This document shows positions 50,401-62,255 of a DNA stretch of 64,000 nucleotides, piece by piece (positions within the stretch are counted from its first letter, which is position 1; each line of letters begins with the position of its first letter). Source of the DNA: Podarcis muralis (lineage: Eukaryota); NCBI RefSeq assembly GCF_964188315.1, contig NC_135667.1, forward strand, positions 11,346,001-11,410,000, in the 5' to 3' direction. The translations under genes were made by a program, and so were the position numbers. Under the pieces are notes generated by a model. That model was given only the letters and a program-made list of their open reading frames with translations, was not told the origin of the DNA and did no database searches.

Positions 50401-52332
50401 TTATGTTTATTTTAAAGGTACAAAAACTGGGTTATAACACTCTGAACTTGGAAACATAATAACTGAAAGTTACAGTAAGTTGCGAAGTAAGGTAACAAAT
50501 TGCTGACACTGTTATTGTATAGAACGCAAGGCCTGGAAGATGGGAGGAGGTCCAATTGACAGTGATAAATTATGGAAAGAGGATTTGACATATATCTATG
50601 CTTTTTTATTTTTTTATATTTTTATAATCTGTTTCTTGTTTTTTACTCTTGTATTTTTGAACTTGTGAACCCATGGAAAGAAACGCAATAAAAAATATTT
50701 ATTAAAAAAAAAAGAAAAAAAAAGAGAGATGTGTCTTTCTGCTAGTTTTGGGGAGTGGACGTTTATGTTTTATAGATGGTCCACCATGGAGATGATATAG
50801 AAATTAAATAAGTGTGGGGCCAGTAGGCAGCCTTGCTTGACACCTTTCTCATGTTATACCTCCCCAATATATGCATACATTGCAGCCTCTTCTACTCCTT
50901 TCATTTAAGCAGTCCATATTCATGAATCAGCAGATTAATAGAGGAAGAAAAAGGGAAGTGTTTATTTTTGCGTGAAATCTCTCCCCCCGCCCCCCAAATT
51001 CTACCTGTGGAATCTTGTGAAGACCTAAGATGTCTGCCATGGATGTGGAGGTGTCAGAGCTAAGTCCCCCAATCACTCCTACTACATTTTTCTGAATGCC
51101 ACATATGTAGTTGGGGACAAAGTGATGTGATTTAAAGAGCAGGTCCAGAGTGTTCCGGTAGGTCATCCTTGAATCAAAATAGCTATCATAGATGTGGAAT
51201 CCAAGAGTGGCATTGGGCAAGATCTTGGGATTCTCATTGATCTCATCAACAGCAAACACCAAGGCCAGGATATGCTGGTAGAACTTTGTAATCACCCTGC
51301 AAATGAAGTGAGTTATTGTTTCACGAGGGGATTAAACAGTGAATGAAATCTAGATCTGAAAGATTCACCTGCCTGCCTATAATGAAAGGGCACAGCCAGA
51401 AAGTTTAGTCATGAATTATTAATATTATTTATTATTGTTATCCAAATTTCTATACCGTCCTTAATCTGAGGATCAGAGGGTAGTTTGCCATAAAAAAACA
51501 ATAGCACCAAAATAGGCATGACCACTTATTTACTATTTTTTTATATTAATTTTTATCAAGGAAGCTCAGATCCCTTTATCCTTGAATCCTAACAACAACT
51601 CCTACCCTGTAGGTGGCCCAAAAAATGGAGATATGAACCAAGAGCTCTTGTGTGCAGGTATGTGTCTGAAGAAACAGAAGACCTGGTGGTTGGAGCACAG
51701 CCATGTAAATCATGGCATCAATCATGTATGTGTGAGACTGTATTAGGACACTGCAATGTGGTAGTAGCGTTGGCACAGAAAGCTTACCTTTCTGCCATGA
51801 CTGTGTCCACAAGTAGCCATCTGACGGAGCTTTTCCAAGTGGTGAATGGAAAATTGTCATCTGGCCAAGAGGGGTGTTTCTTTGACATCTTCAGAAGCCT
51901 GGTGTAATGATTTTAAGGCAATTTAGAGGAAAAATCTCTCAAATTTAGGCAAGTCAAATGGTATGCAGTGGGCTGCCTGTTCCAACTTTACTGAATCCAC
52001 ATTGCCTATTGCTTTTTATAAAATAGGTTCTAAACCCACCCCACCACCGCCCCAAAAGCACACATAAAATAATGTTAACAACCATTTACTTACACTGGGA
52101 TGTCAATAAATTCCTGAGAAGGGTGTTTCTTGAAGGAAAGGTGGGGGAATAAGTAAAAGATATGAGACGCTATTCCACCAATGACAAGGTCACCTTCTTC
52201 ATACCATTCATGTGGAATATCCACAGGAATATTTCTACTGCAAAAAACAGTATGCACTTTGGGCACCATGTAGGGAAGCAGCAAGAGAAGCAGAAGAAGT
52301 AACATATTGATCACAAATATCCTTCTACACAT
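44475..52332 (-). CDS. V2R gene D, vomeronasal type-2 receptor, intact, 895 aa
   Basis: Exons: e1 52332-52094 (239), e2 51296-51005 (292), e3 48906-48007 (900), e4 47131-46904 (228), e5 46636-46510 (127), e6 45376-44475 (902); 2688 nt in frame, all GT-AG. Confidence 0.93.
45973..46311. mobile_element. Tc1/mariner (pogo/Tigger-like) MITE
   Basis: Terminal inverted repeats cagtggtacctcgcaagacgaa and ttcgtcttgcgaggcaccactg, TA at the right flank, internal gcaagac repeats; absent from gene C intron 5. Confidence 0.85.
49280..50330 (-). mobile_element. RTE-X-like LINE ORF2 C-terminal fragment
   Basis: ORFs 49778-50254 ([14 protein letters not shown]...QLLYGA...[10 protein letters not shown]) and 49148-49636 ([21 protein letters not shown]...QCPC...[14 protein letters not shown]-like); related to 23620-23976. 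Confidence 0.7.
50400..50722 (+). mobile_element. 5'-truncated L1-type 3' UTR insertion with poly(A)
   Basis: AATAAA and poly(A) at ~50687-50722; 18-bp TSD agagagatgtgtctttct (50382-50399 and 50723-50740). Confidence 0.8.
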
Positions 52333-52628
52333 ATATTCTCTTTTATCTCTCTACAATGTTGTGACTATCGTCAGCCTGACCTGTATAGGAAAGATTTGGT
52401 GACAGCCAACTCTGGCAATGAAGTATGTAAATGGACATGTATCCACCTTCTCATTAACTTCAACACTGTCACAAAAAATTCTGTGAATCCTAAATAAGCT
52501 ACAGTGATTTGAAATCTGTCCTTTACAATGAAAGAGGGGGAAATATTGAAATAGCAGAGCCTATTTTGATTTTTTATTTCTCATTCTACCTTGTGGAGCT
52601 TTGCCAGGTGGATTGATTATAATAATTT

Positions 52629-52713
52629 TAATAATTACAGGGGAGATAAGCATTTGTGCAATGTTTTTGGACTCTATGGTGCATCATCAGTAGGAGAACA
52701 GCCAAAGTAAACA
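52629..52713 (-). promoter_or_regulatory. Conserved upstream block, gene D
   Basis: taataattacaggggaga (52629-52646) and gtaaaca (52707-52713). Confidence 0.5.
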
Positions 52714-52891
52714 TATCTGTCACATCACAGAATCATTGATTAGGAAGAGACCTCCAAGGTCATCTAGTCCAACCTCTTGACTAAGACAAGAAATTGATAA
52801 GTAAAATAACCCATTTATGGGCAGGTATCAATCCTCTTCCTGTAATACGCTGTTTATACTCTCTCTCCTATGTAACATTGATCAGACACTG

Positions 52892-53177
52892 TGTTATATA
52901 CTGAGTTGAATAGAATCCAAAAGGCAGAAGTCTGATTGGTCCTAGAACAATGCAGCAGTATGATTGGTCCACAGGAGCCACCCAATCCAGCTCCAGGTGG
53001 AAGTGAATCCACAACCTGATTGGCCCACGGGAGAATCCCAGAATTAGCCAATCACATGTGGCCTATTGTGTAAATAATGTATATAAAGCAGATACTTTGG
53101 GGGAACTTCTATTCCTCCTCACCACTATGAGCTGAATAAAGAGCATGAAATCCTCTCTCGGCTTTGAGTATATTTCA
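52892..53177 (+). mobile_element. Short solo LTR
   Basis: TG...CA ends (tgttatat...tatttca), three gattgg and two ccaatc CCAAT-type boxes, TATA (tatataaag), AATAAA at ~53134; no TSD seen. Confidence 0.7.
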
Positions 53178-54159
53178 GTTGGCTAAAACAATTCTAGTGA
53201 ACAGTGCCTAGATCTGTTCCGTAAATCAGACAAGCTACTCTGCCTCACAGTGCTATTTCTATACTTCTTATTTCTGTACCTGTATTTCTATTTCTCTACC
53301 TTTGGCCATTCTGAAGCATAGTAGAGTTCTGCTCAGGTTCCCATTAGTCCAAACTACAGCTGCCACTAGAGTTGCCCTACGTCAGGAATTTCCTGGAGAA
53401 ATAAGTGTCCAGTGAAATTAGTGTCCGGGAGGGAATTTTGGGAAATCTGCAAAATGTACAGGTTTTTGCCAATAGAACCAGGAAGTGTGTGTTTGATTAA
53501 TACCTGTGCTACTTCATGCTTCCTACCTTATTGTCTCTTTTAACTGTTTGTCTTTATTTATATCTCCTTTTATGTTTATGTGAGTAATAATCACTTTTAA
53601 CTATTAGCTTTTATCTCTTTCCTCTCTAAGTCCTATGTGCCTAATTTTATTTGCATGTTTTTATCATATGCTGGTCTGCGACCGTAATAAAATTTGATGA
53701 TGATGATGAGTAACACTTTTTGCCTTATTTGGGTGAATTCCTAAAACAGCTCAAAAGCTCAACAACCTTTGTGTCCAGATTTTTACTTCTTGAAATATGG
53801 AACCCAAGCTGACCCTCTTGTAGATTTTTATCCACTTCAAAAGAAGTGTACTACCGGGCTATAGCTCAGAAAAATCTTATTTTTTTATTAAAGATAGTAG
53901 TGATCAACCAGCAGATTGGAAGAGGCATCAATCCTGTGGTGTGGGGTACAAGGCATGGAGGAGACTCAGGAGGCATCAGGCTTTGACCTTCTCCATGGAA
54001 GACATAGTTGATGATCTGATAGGTCTCAAAGTACAAACAGGTTTTCCAGCGTGGTGCCAGCCTCCACTTCTTGCGTGATATCAGTCCCCAACAGCCCTAG
54101 ATCATTCTGTGCCATACAACCCAAACCAGAGAAAGCCATGGCTACTCCAACTCAATATG

Positions 54160-54515
54160 TAAAGGTAAAGGTAAAGGTACCCCTGCCCGTATGGGCCAGT
54201 CTTGACAGACTCTAGGGTTGTGCGCCCATCTCACTCAAGAGGCCGGGGGCCAGCGCTGTCCGGAGACACTTCCGGGTCACGTGGCCAGCGTGACAAAGCT
54301 GCATCTGGCGAGCCAGCGCAGCACACGGAAACGCCGTTTACCTTCCTGCTAGTAAGCGATCCCTATTTATCTACTTGCACCCGGGGGTGCTTTCGAACTG
54401 CTAGGTTGGCAGGTGCTGGGACCGAACAACAGGAGCGCACCCCGCCGCGGGGATTAGAAACACGACCTTTCGATCGGCAAGCCCTAGGCGCTGAGGCTTT
54501 TACCCACAGCGCCAC
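54160..54515 (-). mobile_element. Sauria SINE (Squam1)
   Basis: (AAAGGT)n start and a reverse-complement SINE body highly similar to 11147-11498. Confidence 0.92.
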
Positions 54516-54820
54516 ATGCCCAAATCCTTCCAAATAAGCATAATTTGGATGGAGACTTGGCTGAATTTAGAGCATGGTCCTGATAGACTGAGCAATGCTC
54601 TCACTCAGTATAAGGCAGCTTCCAATGTTCCCCTTCCCCTTTCCTCTCTCTGCAGATTCCTAAGGACCCCCACTTTTGCTCAGGAGTTTCATAACCTATT
54701 GGGAAAGTGGATGCGAGAGAAGTAGCGTGAAGAAAGGTGTAGAAATTCAAGTAGTTCAATACTATCCATAGCTTCTTTCATACACGTAATCACAGTTCAT
54801 TTACACCTCATATGTAACTA

Positions 54821-55063
54821 CAGCGATATCCTCGGGTTACATACGCTTCAGGTTACATACGCTTCAGGTTACAGACTCCGCAAACCCAGAAATATTACCT
54901 CGGATTAAGAACTTTGCTTCAGGATGAGAACAGAAATTGTGCTCCGGTGGCGCAGCAGCAGCAGGAGGCCCCATTAGCTAAAGTGGGGCTTCAGGTTAAG
55001 AACAGTTTCAGGTTAAGTACAGACCTCCAGAATGAATTAAGTACTTAACCTGAGTTACCACTG
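54821..55063. mobile_element. Tc1/mariner (Tigger-like) MITE
   Basis: TA TSDs on both sides; imperfect TIRs cagcgatatcctcgggtta and taacctgagttaccactg; internal ttcaggtta repeats. Confidence 0.75.
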
Positions 55064-55205
55064 TATGCTGAATACCAATAACATAAATAATAGGACAATC
55101 TGTTCTGTTATTTTGATCTTTTCAGGTAACTACCTTTCTTGGAAAACCACAGTTAAATTATCATACCAACAGTCTACACACAGAAACAGCAAACTATTCC
55201 ATTAT

Positions 55206-58200
55206 TTACATCTTTCTCCGTATCAGCTGCTCTCTGTTATTCAGCTCAGGCCTCACCACAATAATGTAGCATTTAGGGGAAAAGATGCAACCCAGCAGCC
55301 CAGCACTGGAAGCCAAGATGGAGAAGATCTCCACAGCCACCATGTATTTTCCTCTGGTGCTCAAGTATGTGGGAATAAAGGAGAACCAAACACTGCAGAA
55401 GACCAGCATGCTGAAGGTGATGAACTTAGCTTCATTGAAGCTGTCCGGCAACTTCCTGGCTAAGAAGGCCACAGTGAAGCTGATAATGGCCAGGAAGCCC
55501 ATGTAGCCTAAAACACAGTAGAACATGAGAACTGACCCTTCATTACATAAGAATATAATTTCTTCAGTCATTGAGTGCATGTCCACATCTGGGAATGGGG
55601 CAGAGGTTGCCAACCAGGAGGCACAGATTCCTACTTGAATCACAGAGCAGGAAAGGACAATGGAATAAGCCAGTTTTTTGCCTACCCACTTCCTGATTGT
55701 GGAATCTGGCTTGGTAGCCATGAATGCCAAAACCACTGAAATCGTCTTGGCCAAGATGCTAGAGAGGGCCACAGAGAAGACAATGCCAAAAGCCGTTTGT
55801 CGGAGTGGGCAGGTTGCCTTATTAGGCATTCCAATGAACATCAAGGAGCAAAGGAAACACAAGAGGAGGGAGATGAGGAGAATGTAAGTGAGGCTTCTGT
55901 TATTGGCTTTGACGATGGCAGTATCCCGGTGCTTAATGAAAATGCCAAGTACCATAGCTGTGATCAGAGAGAATAAAAGCACAGAGAAAGTTGAAACCAT
56001 GGCCAAAGTTTCACCAAAGCCTAGGACGTGTGGTTTCTTGGGAATGCACTGATCCTGCTCTTGATTTGGATATTGATCCGGAGGACATCTGGTACAGGTT
56101 TCCAACCCTGAAAAAAAAAGGTTGTATGGCTATTGGAAACAATCCAAAATATGCTTAAGGGTTGTTTTTTTGTTAAAAAAAAATCTGGAGTCCCCTTAGC
56201 ATATTGTTTCCACGAGGAAATATTTCAAAACTTCTAGTCCAAATGCTTGTGCTTTTGATAATTTGATTATAAAGTCATGCATGAAATCTGACATTTCCTA
56301 TATGGGGAAAATATGCTTTTAGAGATCCTCCTCCATTTTCTTAGAACCACAGATTAAATGAGAGAAATATTACAGCTGCAATCTTGGCAGCAAGAGAGGT
56401 GATTTTTATCAGATTTAAATCCTGTCCCCAAAGATCCTTGTTCTTAGAGAAATGTCCACCACTTCTATTCCATCGTTCCTTCCCCAAAGATAAGAGTTTA
56501 GTGTCTTCCAGGACAGAATGCATGTACAAATTTTATGTCTTGTTGCATCAAAAGAGAGGGGTGGATCTATACTCATGGTGTATATTGTTAAAATGTGTTA
56601 TTAAAATGTGGCAGCACAGCTGTGAGCCACTGTCAATGAGAAACTGCATTAAACATTAGAGAATGTTACGTAGATACAGCGATGGAAAAGCTTTACATTA
56701 CAAATTAGCTCACATCTTCATGGTATACTCTGTTGAAGGTTAAGATAATTTCTTCATAGTGGCATCTTTTACATAGACAGAAGGGTGATAATTCTACTAT
56801 TGTTAATAAAAAGATAAAGGACCCCTGACAGTTAAGTCCAGTCATGAACGACTCTGGGGTTGTGGTGCTCATCTCGCTCTATAGGCCAAGTTAGCCGACG
56901 TTTGTCTGCAGACAGTTTTTCTGGATCATGTGGCCAGCATGACCAAGCCTTCTCTGGCGAAACCAGAGCAGCACATGGAAAAGTTGTTTATCTTCTCGCT
57001 GGAGTGGTACCTATTTATCTACTTGCACTTTGACGTGCTTTCGAACTGCTAGGTTGGCAGAAGCTGGGGCCGAACAAGGGGAGCTCATCCCATCGCAGGG
57101 ATTCAAACCGCAACCTTCTGATCAACAAGCCCTAGGCTCAGTGGTTTAGACCACAGTGCCATCCGCGTCCCAATACTATTGTTAAGAAACAATATTAATT
57201 AAGACCCTACAAAGCAAACCTCATTGCCGATTTGCTCAGAATTTACTAAAATAGCTTGTATATGGTAATATGGCATCTCTCACCCTTCTCGTTTGAGAAC
57301 ATTCCATGAGGACATGGATCACAATCGTAACAACAGAACTTCTTCCCCTCCTTCTTTTTCTTCTCATAACCGGGAAGGCAGTTGGCATTACATAAGGAAA
57401 GGGGTGGCACCTATCCAAAGAGACACAAAGAAGTTAATATTAAGAAAATGTTTTAGGGGATTCTTCTAACATCAGGTGATCTACCAGTAAGAAGATTACA
57501 ATGTTCATACCTAGATTGACCATTGCTACAACCATCAGATAATTTGATCTCATACACTACTGGTTATTTCTTTTTATGGAACTACAGCCTCCTGCTCTTT
57601 GCTGCTGTAATTTCACTTGATGTCCCCTTAGTGAGCTTCAAGGAGTTGGGATTTGGAGGTAGTGAATTACTGTGGTGTTGCTCCTATCACTTATACCATT
57701 GGAAAAAAGAGAGGCAGCGAAGATGGTGCGCAGATGTATGGGGTTGTTAAGTTAATATCCCAATGGTACTTAACTTTACTTCATAAAAAACAGGGAACTA
57801 CAATACAATGTGTACATAAAATAAGTTGGGACTTTTTTAAGATCACAAAGAAATATATCCAACATTTTTCCAATGAACTTTTTAAAAAATATATGATTTT
57901 GCAGGCAACTAATGCTGACAAGCCTTGGACTGAATAAATCAGAAACATTTGTTAAACTATAGCAGCAAAGATCCTTTTAATACTCTCAATATATGCAAAA
58001 GAATATCTTGATACACAAGGAATTGGGAATGGGATTTAGCAAATATTTAGTTAACAATTCAGGAAGGAAAATAGATGTGGGCATTAAAACGTTCCAAAGG
58101 TGTTTATTAGTGTGAATCGGAAAGAGAACACTCTTAAGTTAATATCCCAATGGTACTTAACTTTACACAGAATTGATTGATTGATTGATTGATTGAGGTA

Positions 58201-59312
58201 TAATGGAATTCAGTAAGATCTAATACATATCTTTTGCCTTTTTAAAATAATAATGCCTTTCTGGACCGAAGTACTGAATATTTCACCTTCAGAAGTCAGC
58301 TGCTGTTGAACTTTCCCCAGTGCTGTTTTTCTTTACCAATATATATTCTCAAAACAAGAACAATCATATTACCACCTTTAGTTCTCGTAAAACTCAGAAC
58401 TGCTTGTGAGGATATTGATGCCTTCTATGCAGTGGGGTACCTAGGCTCCCTTGTGCCCTTGGCAAGAAGATATATCAGTGCCTCCAAAGTCGGGAGGACC
58501 ATGGAAGACTTGGCTGGTTGGCTGGCTTCTCCATCCACTGAGCTCTGCCATGGCAAACAACTATGACAAACAACTGGACTCCTGTACTGAGGCATTGAGA
58601 GGAGCCTGCATGCCTTGCCCACAGCCGATGGAGTATATGGATGAGCAACCAGGCTAGTAGTCACTCCGAGTAAGGCATGATTTGGGGGGCTACCCCTGGG
58701 TCTGGGCCTGGGCCTGTGGCAGGGGCCAACCTGACAAACAATTACGGACATGCCGGCTTCTATCATTCCAACTCGATGCTAGAGTGTCAAGAGGCACTAG
58801 TAGATTACAATGTTAGCAATCTGTCTAATGCTACTAACCGGAAAACTACCTTGGACCAACAAGCATGTTGAACAACACTGTCTGATAGCCATTGGTCCTT
58901 CTTGGTGTGACATGTCTTCTGTGCATATTGCTCCTTTTGATGACGTGGTTCATTTGTTTAATTATTAAAACAATTATTAGTAGCAGCATTATTAGTAGTG
59001 GCAGCAGCAGTTGGGCAGCACCTCCTTTTTCACCTCAAGTGGCAAAACTACATGCCCTCCCACCTCCCACAGTGATTTCCTTACCTGAGTGAAGAGACTG
59101 TGCCATTGGATTCTGTTCCCATTAATGATGAGTTCTTTGCCAGGAGGGGCCTGAGGATCCAGCTTCCCAACTTTGATCCTGACATATGAATTATTTGGGA
59201 AAGTGACCAGGTTTATAATATCAAAGCCAGCTGCTAATTCTCCATGTTCATTTAATGTGATTTCATCCCCAGCACTGTTGTTGAATGAGATCCTTTGTAG
59301 CAATGAGTGGTG
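55206..59312 (-). CDS. V2R gene E, 3' part only (exons 4-6); exons 1-3 presumably lie beyond position 64000
   Basis: e4 59312-59085 (228), e5 57410-57284 (127), e6 56107-55206 (902); GT-AG, in frame, no stops. Confidence 0.88.
56807..57173 (-). mobile_element. Sauria SINE, diverged subfamily
   Basis: Same variant type as 14711-15047; 12-bp TSD tactattgttaa (56795-56806 and 57174-57185). Confidence 0.88.
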
Positions 59313-59489
59313 CTAGGTGGAAAGAGAATCAGAAGGCCTAGAAAATGTTGTAATAGTCTTAAATCCCAGAAGGATTTCAGTTATTTCCCTGCAGGAGTTA
59401 ACCAGTTCAGTTCCCAATGGAGAGCACCCAAATTTCAGTAGCAGATACAGAGAGAGAGGGAAATCATGAATCAGCACAAACCCAGCAGT

Positions 59490-60330
59490 CAAGAGGCCTC
59501 CAGGAAGATACCTAATGGAGGCATAAGGCTATAGGTGTTTTTGACACTGTCAACCATGCTATCCTCATGGACCATCTTGGAGGTCTGGGAGTTGGAAGCA
59601 CTGCTATGCAGTGGTTCTGCTCCTTCCTCCTGGGTCATGTCCAGAAAGTAGTGTTGGGAGTTGGGTGTTTGGACCCCTGGGATCTCATTTGTGGGGTGCA
59701 TCAGGGTTCTGCCCTCTTTCCCATGCTTTTCCACTTCTCATTTAAACTATAACCAGTGAAGGCAGTGAACATCCTGTTTGGGTGTCTGAAGGCAGTTGGT
59801 GGGTGGGTGGTGCCTAATGGATTGAGAGTCAATGCCAACAAGACAGAAGTACTGTTTCTGCGGGACAGGGGGAGGGTAGGTGTGGGGGATTCCCTAGTCC
59901 TGAATGGGGTAACTATCCCCTTAAGGACCAGGGGAGCCATTTTGGACTCACAGATGTCCATGAAGCTGCAAGTCAATTCTGTGTCCAGGGCAGCTGTCTA
60001 CCAGCTCTATCTGGTATTCCAGCTGAGACCCTACCTGCCTGTGCACTGTCTCGCCAGAGTGGAACACGCTCTGGTTATCTCCTGCTTTGAATACTACAAT
60101 GCACTTTATGTGGGGCTACCTTTGAAGTTGACTCAGAAACTAAAACTAATCCAAAACACAGCTGCCAGACTGATGACTGGGAGTGGCTGCCAGGACCATA
60201 TAATACTGGTCTTAAAGGAACTACATAGGCTCCAAGTATGTTTCCAAAATTTTGATGCTGACCTTTGTAGCCCTTAGTGTCTTTGGTCCCGTATATCTGA
60301 AGGAGCAGCTACACCGCTATCATCCAGCCC
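59490..60330 (+). mobile_element. Diverged L2 ORF2 fragment
   Basis: GVHQGSALFPMLF (59567-59752) and VPNGLRVNANKTEVLFL...HALVISCFEYYNALYVGLP (59756-60277); homologous to 6112-6697. Confidence 0.82.
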
Positions 60331-60399
60331 GGAATAATTAACTGCCGAAGTCTAGTCGGGGGGGGGGGGGGGAGACACCAACCTGACAGGTTTTTTGTT

Positions 60400-61130
60400 G
60401 AACAAAGTGCATATAAAAAAAGGTTAGGGAGGATAAAAAGAAATAAATTCTGGGAGAACTGAATAGAAATGAAAAGGAATTGATTTAAAAAACAGGAAAA
60501 GATTCAGTAAAACAGAATATAAAATTGTTAGAGACCGAATTCTCAATGGTAGTGAATCAAGAAATCGAATGGGAGATTAAAATGCTAAGGCAGAAAAAAA
60601 TTGAATTTGCAAACAAACCAGGAAAACTCCTTATTTGGCAATTAAAAAAAGAAACAGGGATTGAATGTATCCTTGAAAAAGACTAATGTAAAAAGGGAAT
60701 GGGTGACCTATAAAGAGTTGCTAAGGGAAGTAGAAGAACAACTAAATCCGAAGACATTTAGTAACAGACTGGTTGCAATATCACCAATTCAATGATGTTT
60801 TTAAAAATTGATTAGTAAAATGGGTTTAGTAAGGAAAGTTCAAGGTTTGAAAAAGAATTATTGGAAAACAATGTGAAGTTGCCTTCCAAAATGTGTAAGT
60901 TATTGCTAGAGTGGCATACTAAAGATGAAGAAATTAAATCAGTAATGAGACAAGGGGCAAAAGATATTGGGCACAATATCCAATTTTCATCTTGGGAAAA
61001 GTTATGGAGGGAGGATTTAAAATTTGCAGCATGCTGTGCATTGAAGGAGAACTAGATGAAATTGATGTATCATTGATATTTTACACTTACAAAATTAGCA
61101 AAGATGTACAGAACGGCTTCAAATGAGTGA
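60400..61130 (+). mobile_element. Degraded, internally deleted L1 ORF2 remnants
   Basis: FANKPGKLLIWQLKK (post-endonuclease motif) at ~60600 and WEKLW...ENxMKLMYHxYFT.xKLAKMY (pre-zinc-knuckle) at 60990-61110. Confidence 0.6.
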
Positions 61131-61740
61131 CTGGGTGGCATGTAAATGATAATTGTTGTTGTTGTTGTTGTTGTTGTTGTATATTCTGGAATCCCTGCAT
61201 TGTGTTGAACACTGTAAAATGACATCATTTCCCTCTCTAGTCAAACAGCCTGGCTCTGTTTGCTCGGATTACCATAGACATTTTCATGCACATTAACAGA
61301 TAATGAGAAACTACAGAAAGCTACAAGCACAGGCACCATCTCTGGGGGCCCCGGGTCCCAGGCCCCCACAAATTGTTCAGCGACGGGGCCAGCCCCTTCA
61401 ATATTCTGCGGCCAGAAGGGCTCTGGTGGGCTCGCCTGCTACAGCAGTGGGCTCCTACGGAGCAGTGGGAGGGGGCAATGAAGCCCCTTAGAGACTCTGA
61501 AGGCCATTAGGAGATACCCTAGAAAGGCCCACGGAGTGGGCAGCTGGGGCTCCTCCCAGTGTGTAACATCACAGGCGCGCGTGACATCACACCCACAATG
61601 TGGGGAGGAACATGGTGCAGGTGGCCCCAAGCTTCATTTTTGACAGCTTCAGATACATTCCACTTGGCCACTTGATGTCATTAACCTCACACAACAAGTT
61701 GTTTAATTCTGTGGCTTGCTCCATGGGGCGGGTTCACATG

Positions 61741-61742
<2 letters not shown>

Positions 61743-61793
<51 letters not shown>
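61743..61793. repeat. (CT)n microsatellite
   Basis: ~25 CT units read directly. Other short repeats: (GTT)n 61153-61180, (GATT)n ~58174-58196, poly-G 60357-60372. Confidence 0.95.
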
Positions 61794-61795
<2 letters not shown>

Positions 61796-61796
61796 G

Positions 61797-62156
61797 TAAA
61801 GGTAAAGGTACCCCTGCCCGTATGGGCCAGTCGTGACCGACTCTGGGGTTGCGCGCCCATCTCGCTTAAGATGCCGGGGGCCAGCGCTGTCCGGAGACAC
61901 TTCCGGGTCACGTGGCCAGCGTGATGAAGCTGCTCTGGCGAGCCTGCACCAGCGCAGCACACAGAAACGCCGTTTACCTTCCCGCTATAAAGCGGTACCT
62001 ATTTCTCTACTTGCACTTAGGGGTGCTTTCGAACTGCTAGGTGGGCAGGAGCTGGGACCGAACAATGGGAGCTCACCCCGCCGCAGGGATTCAAACCGCT
62101 GACCGATCGGCAAGTCCTAGGCGCTGAGGTTTTACCCACAGTGCCACCCGCGTCCC
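61797..62156 (-). mobile_element. Sauria SINE (Squam1)
   Basis: (AAAGGT)n tail and a full reverse-complement body ending ccacccgcgtccc. Confidence 0.92.
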
Positions 62157-62255
62157 ATATATATCAATGACTGTCTAGTTTAAAGGACTATCCCACTGCT
62201 TCTGTGGAATCTTTAAGTGAATCTTGCCTTATGTGTTTGAGAATTCATCTCATCC

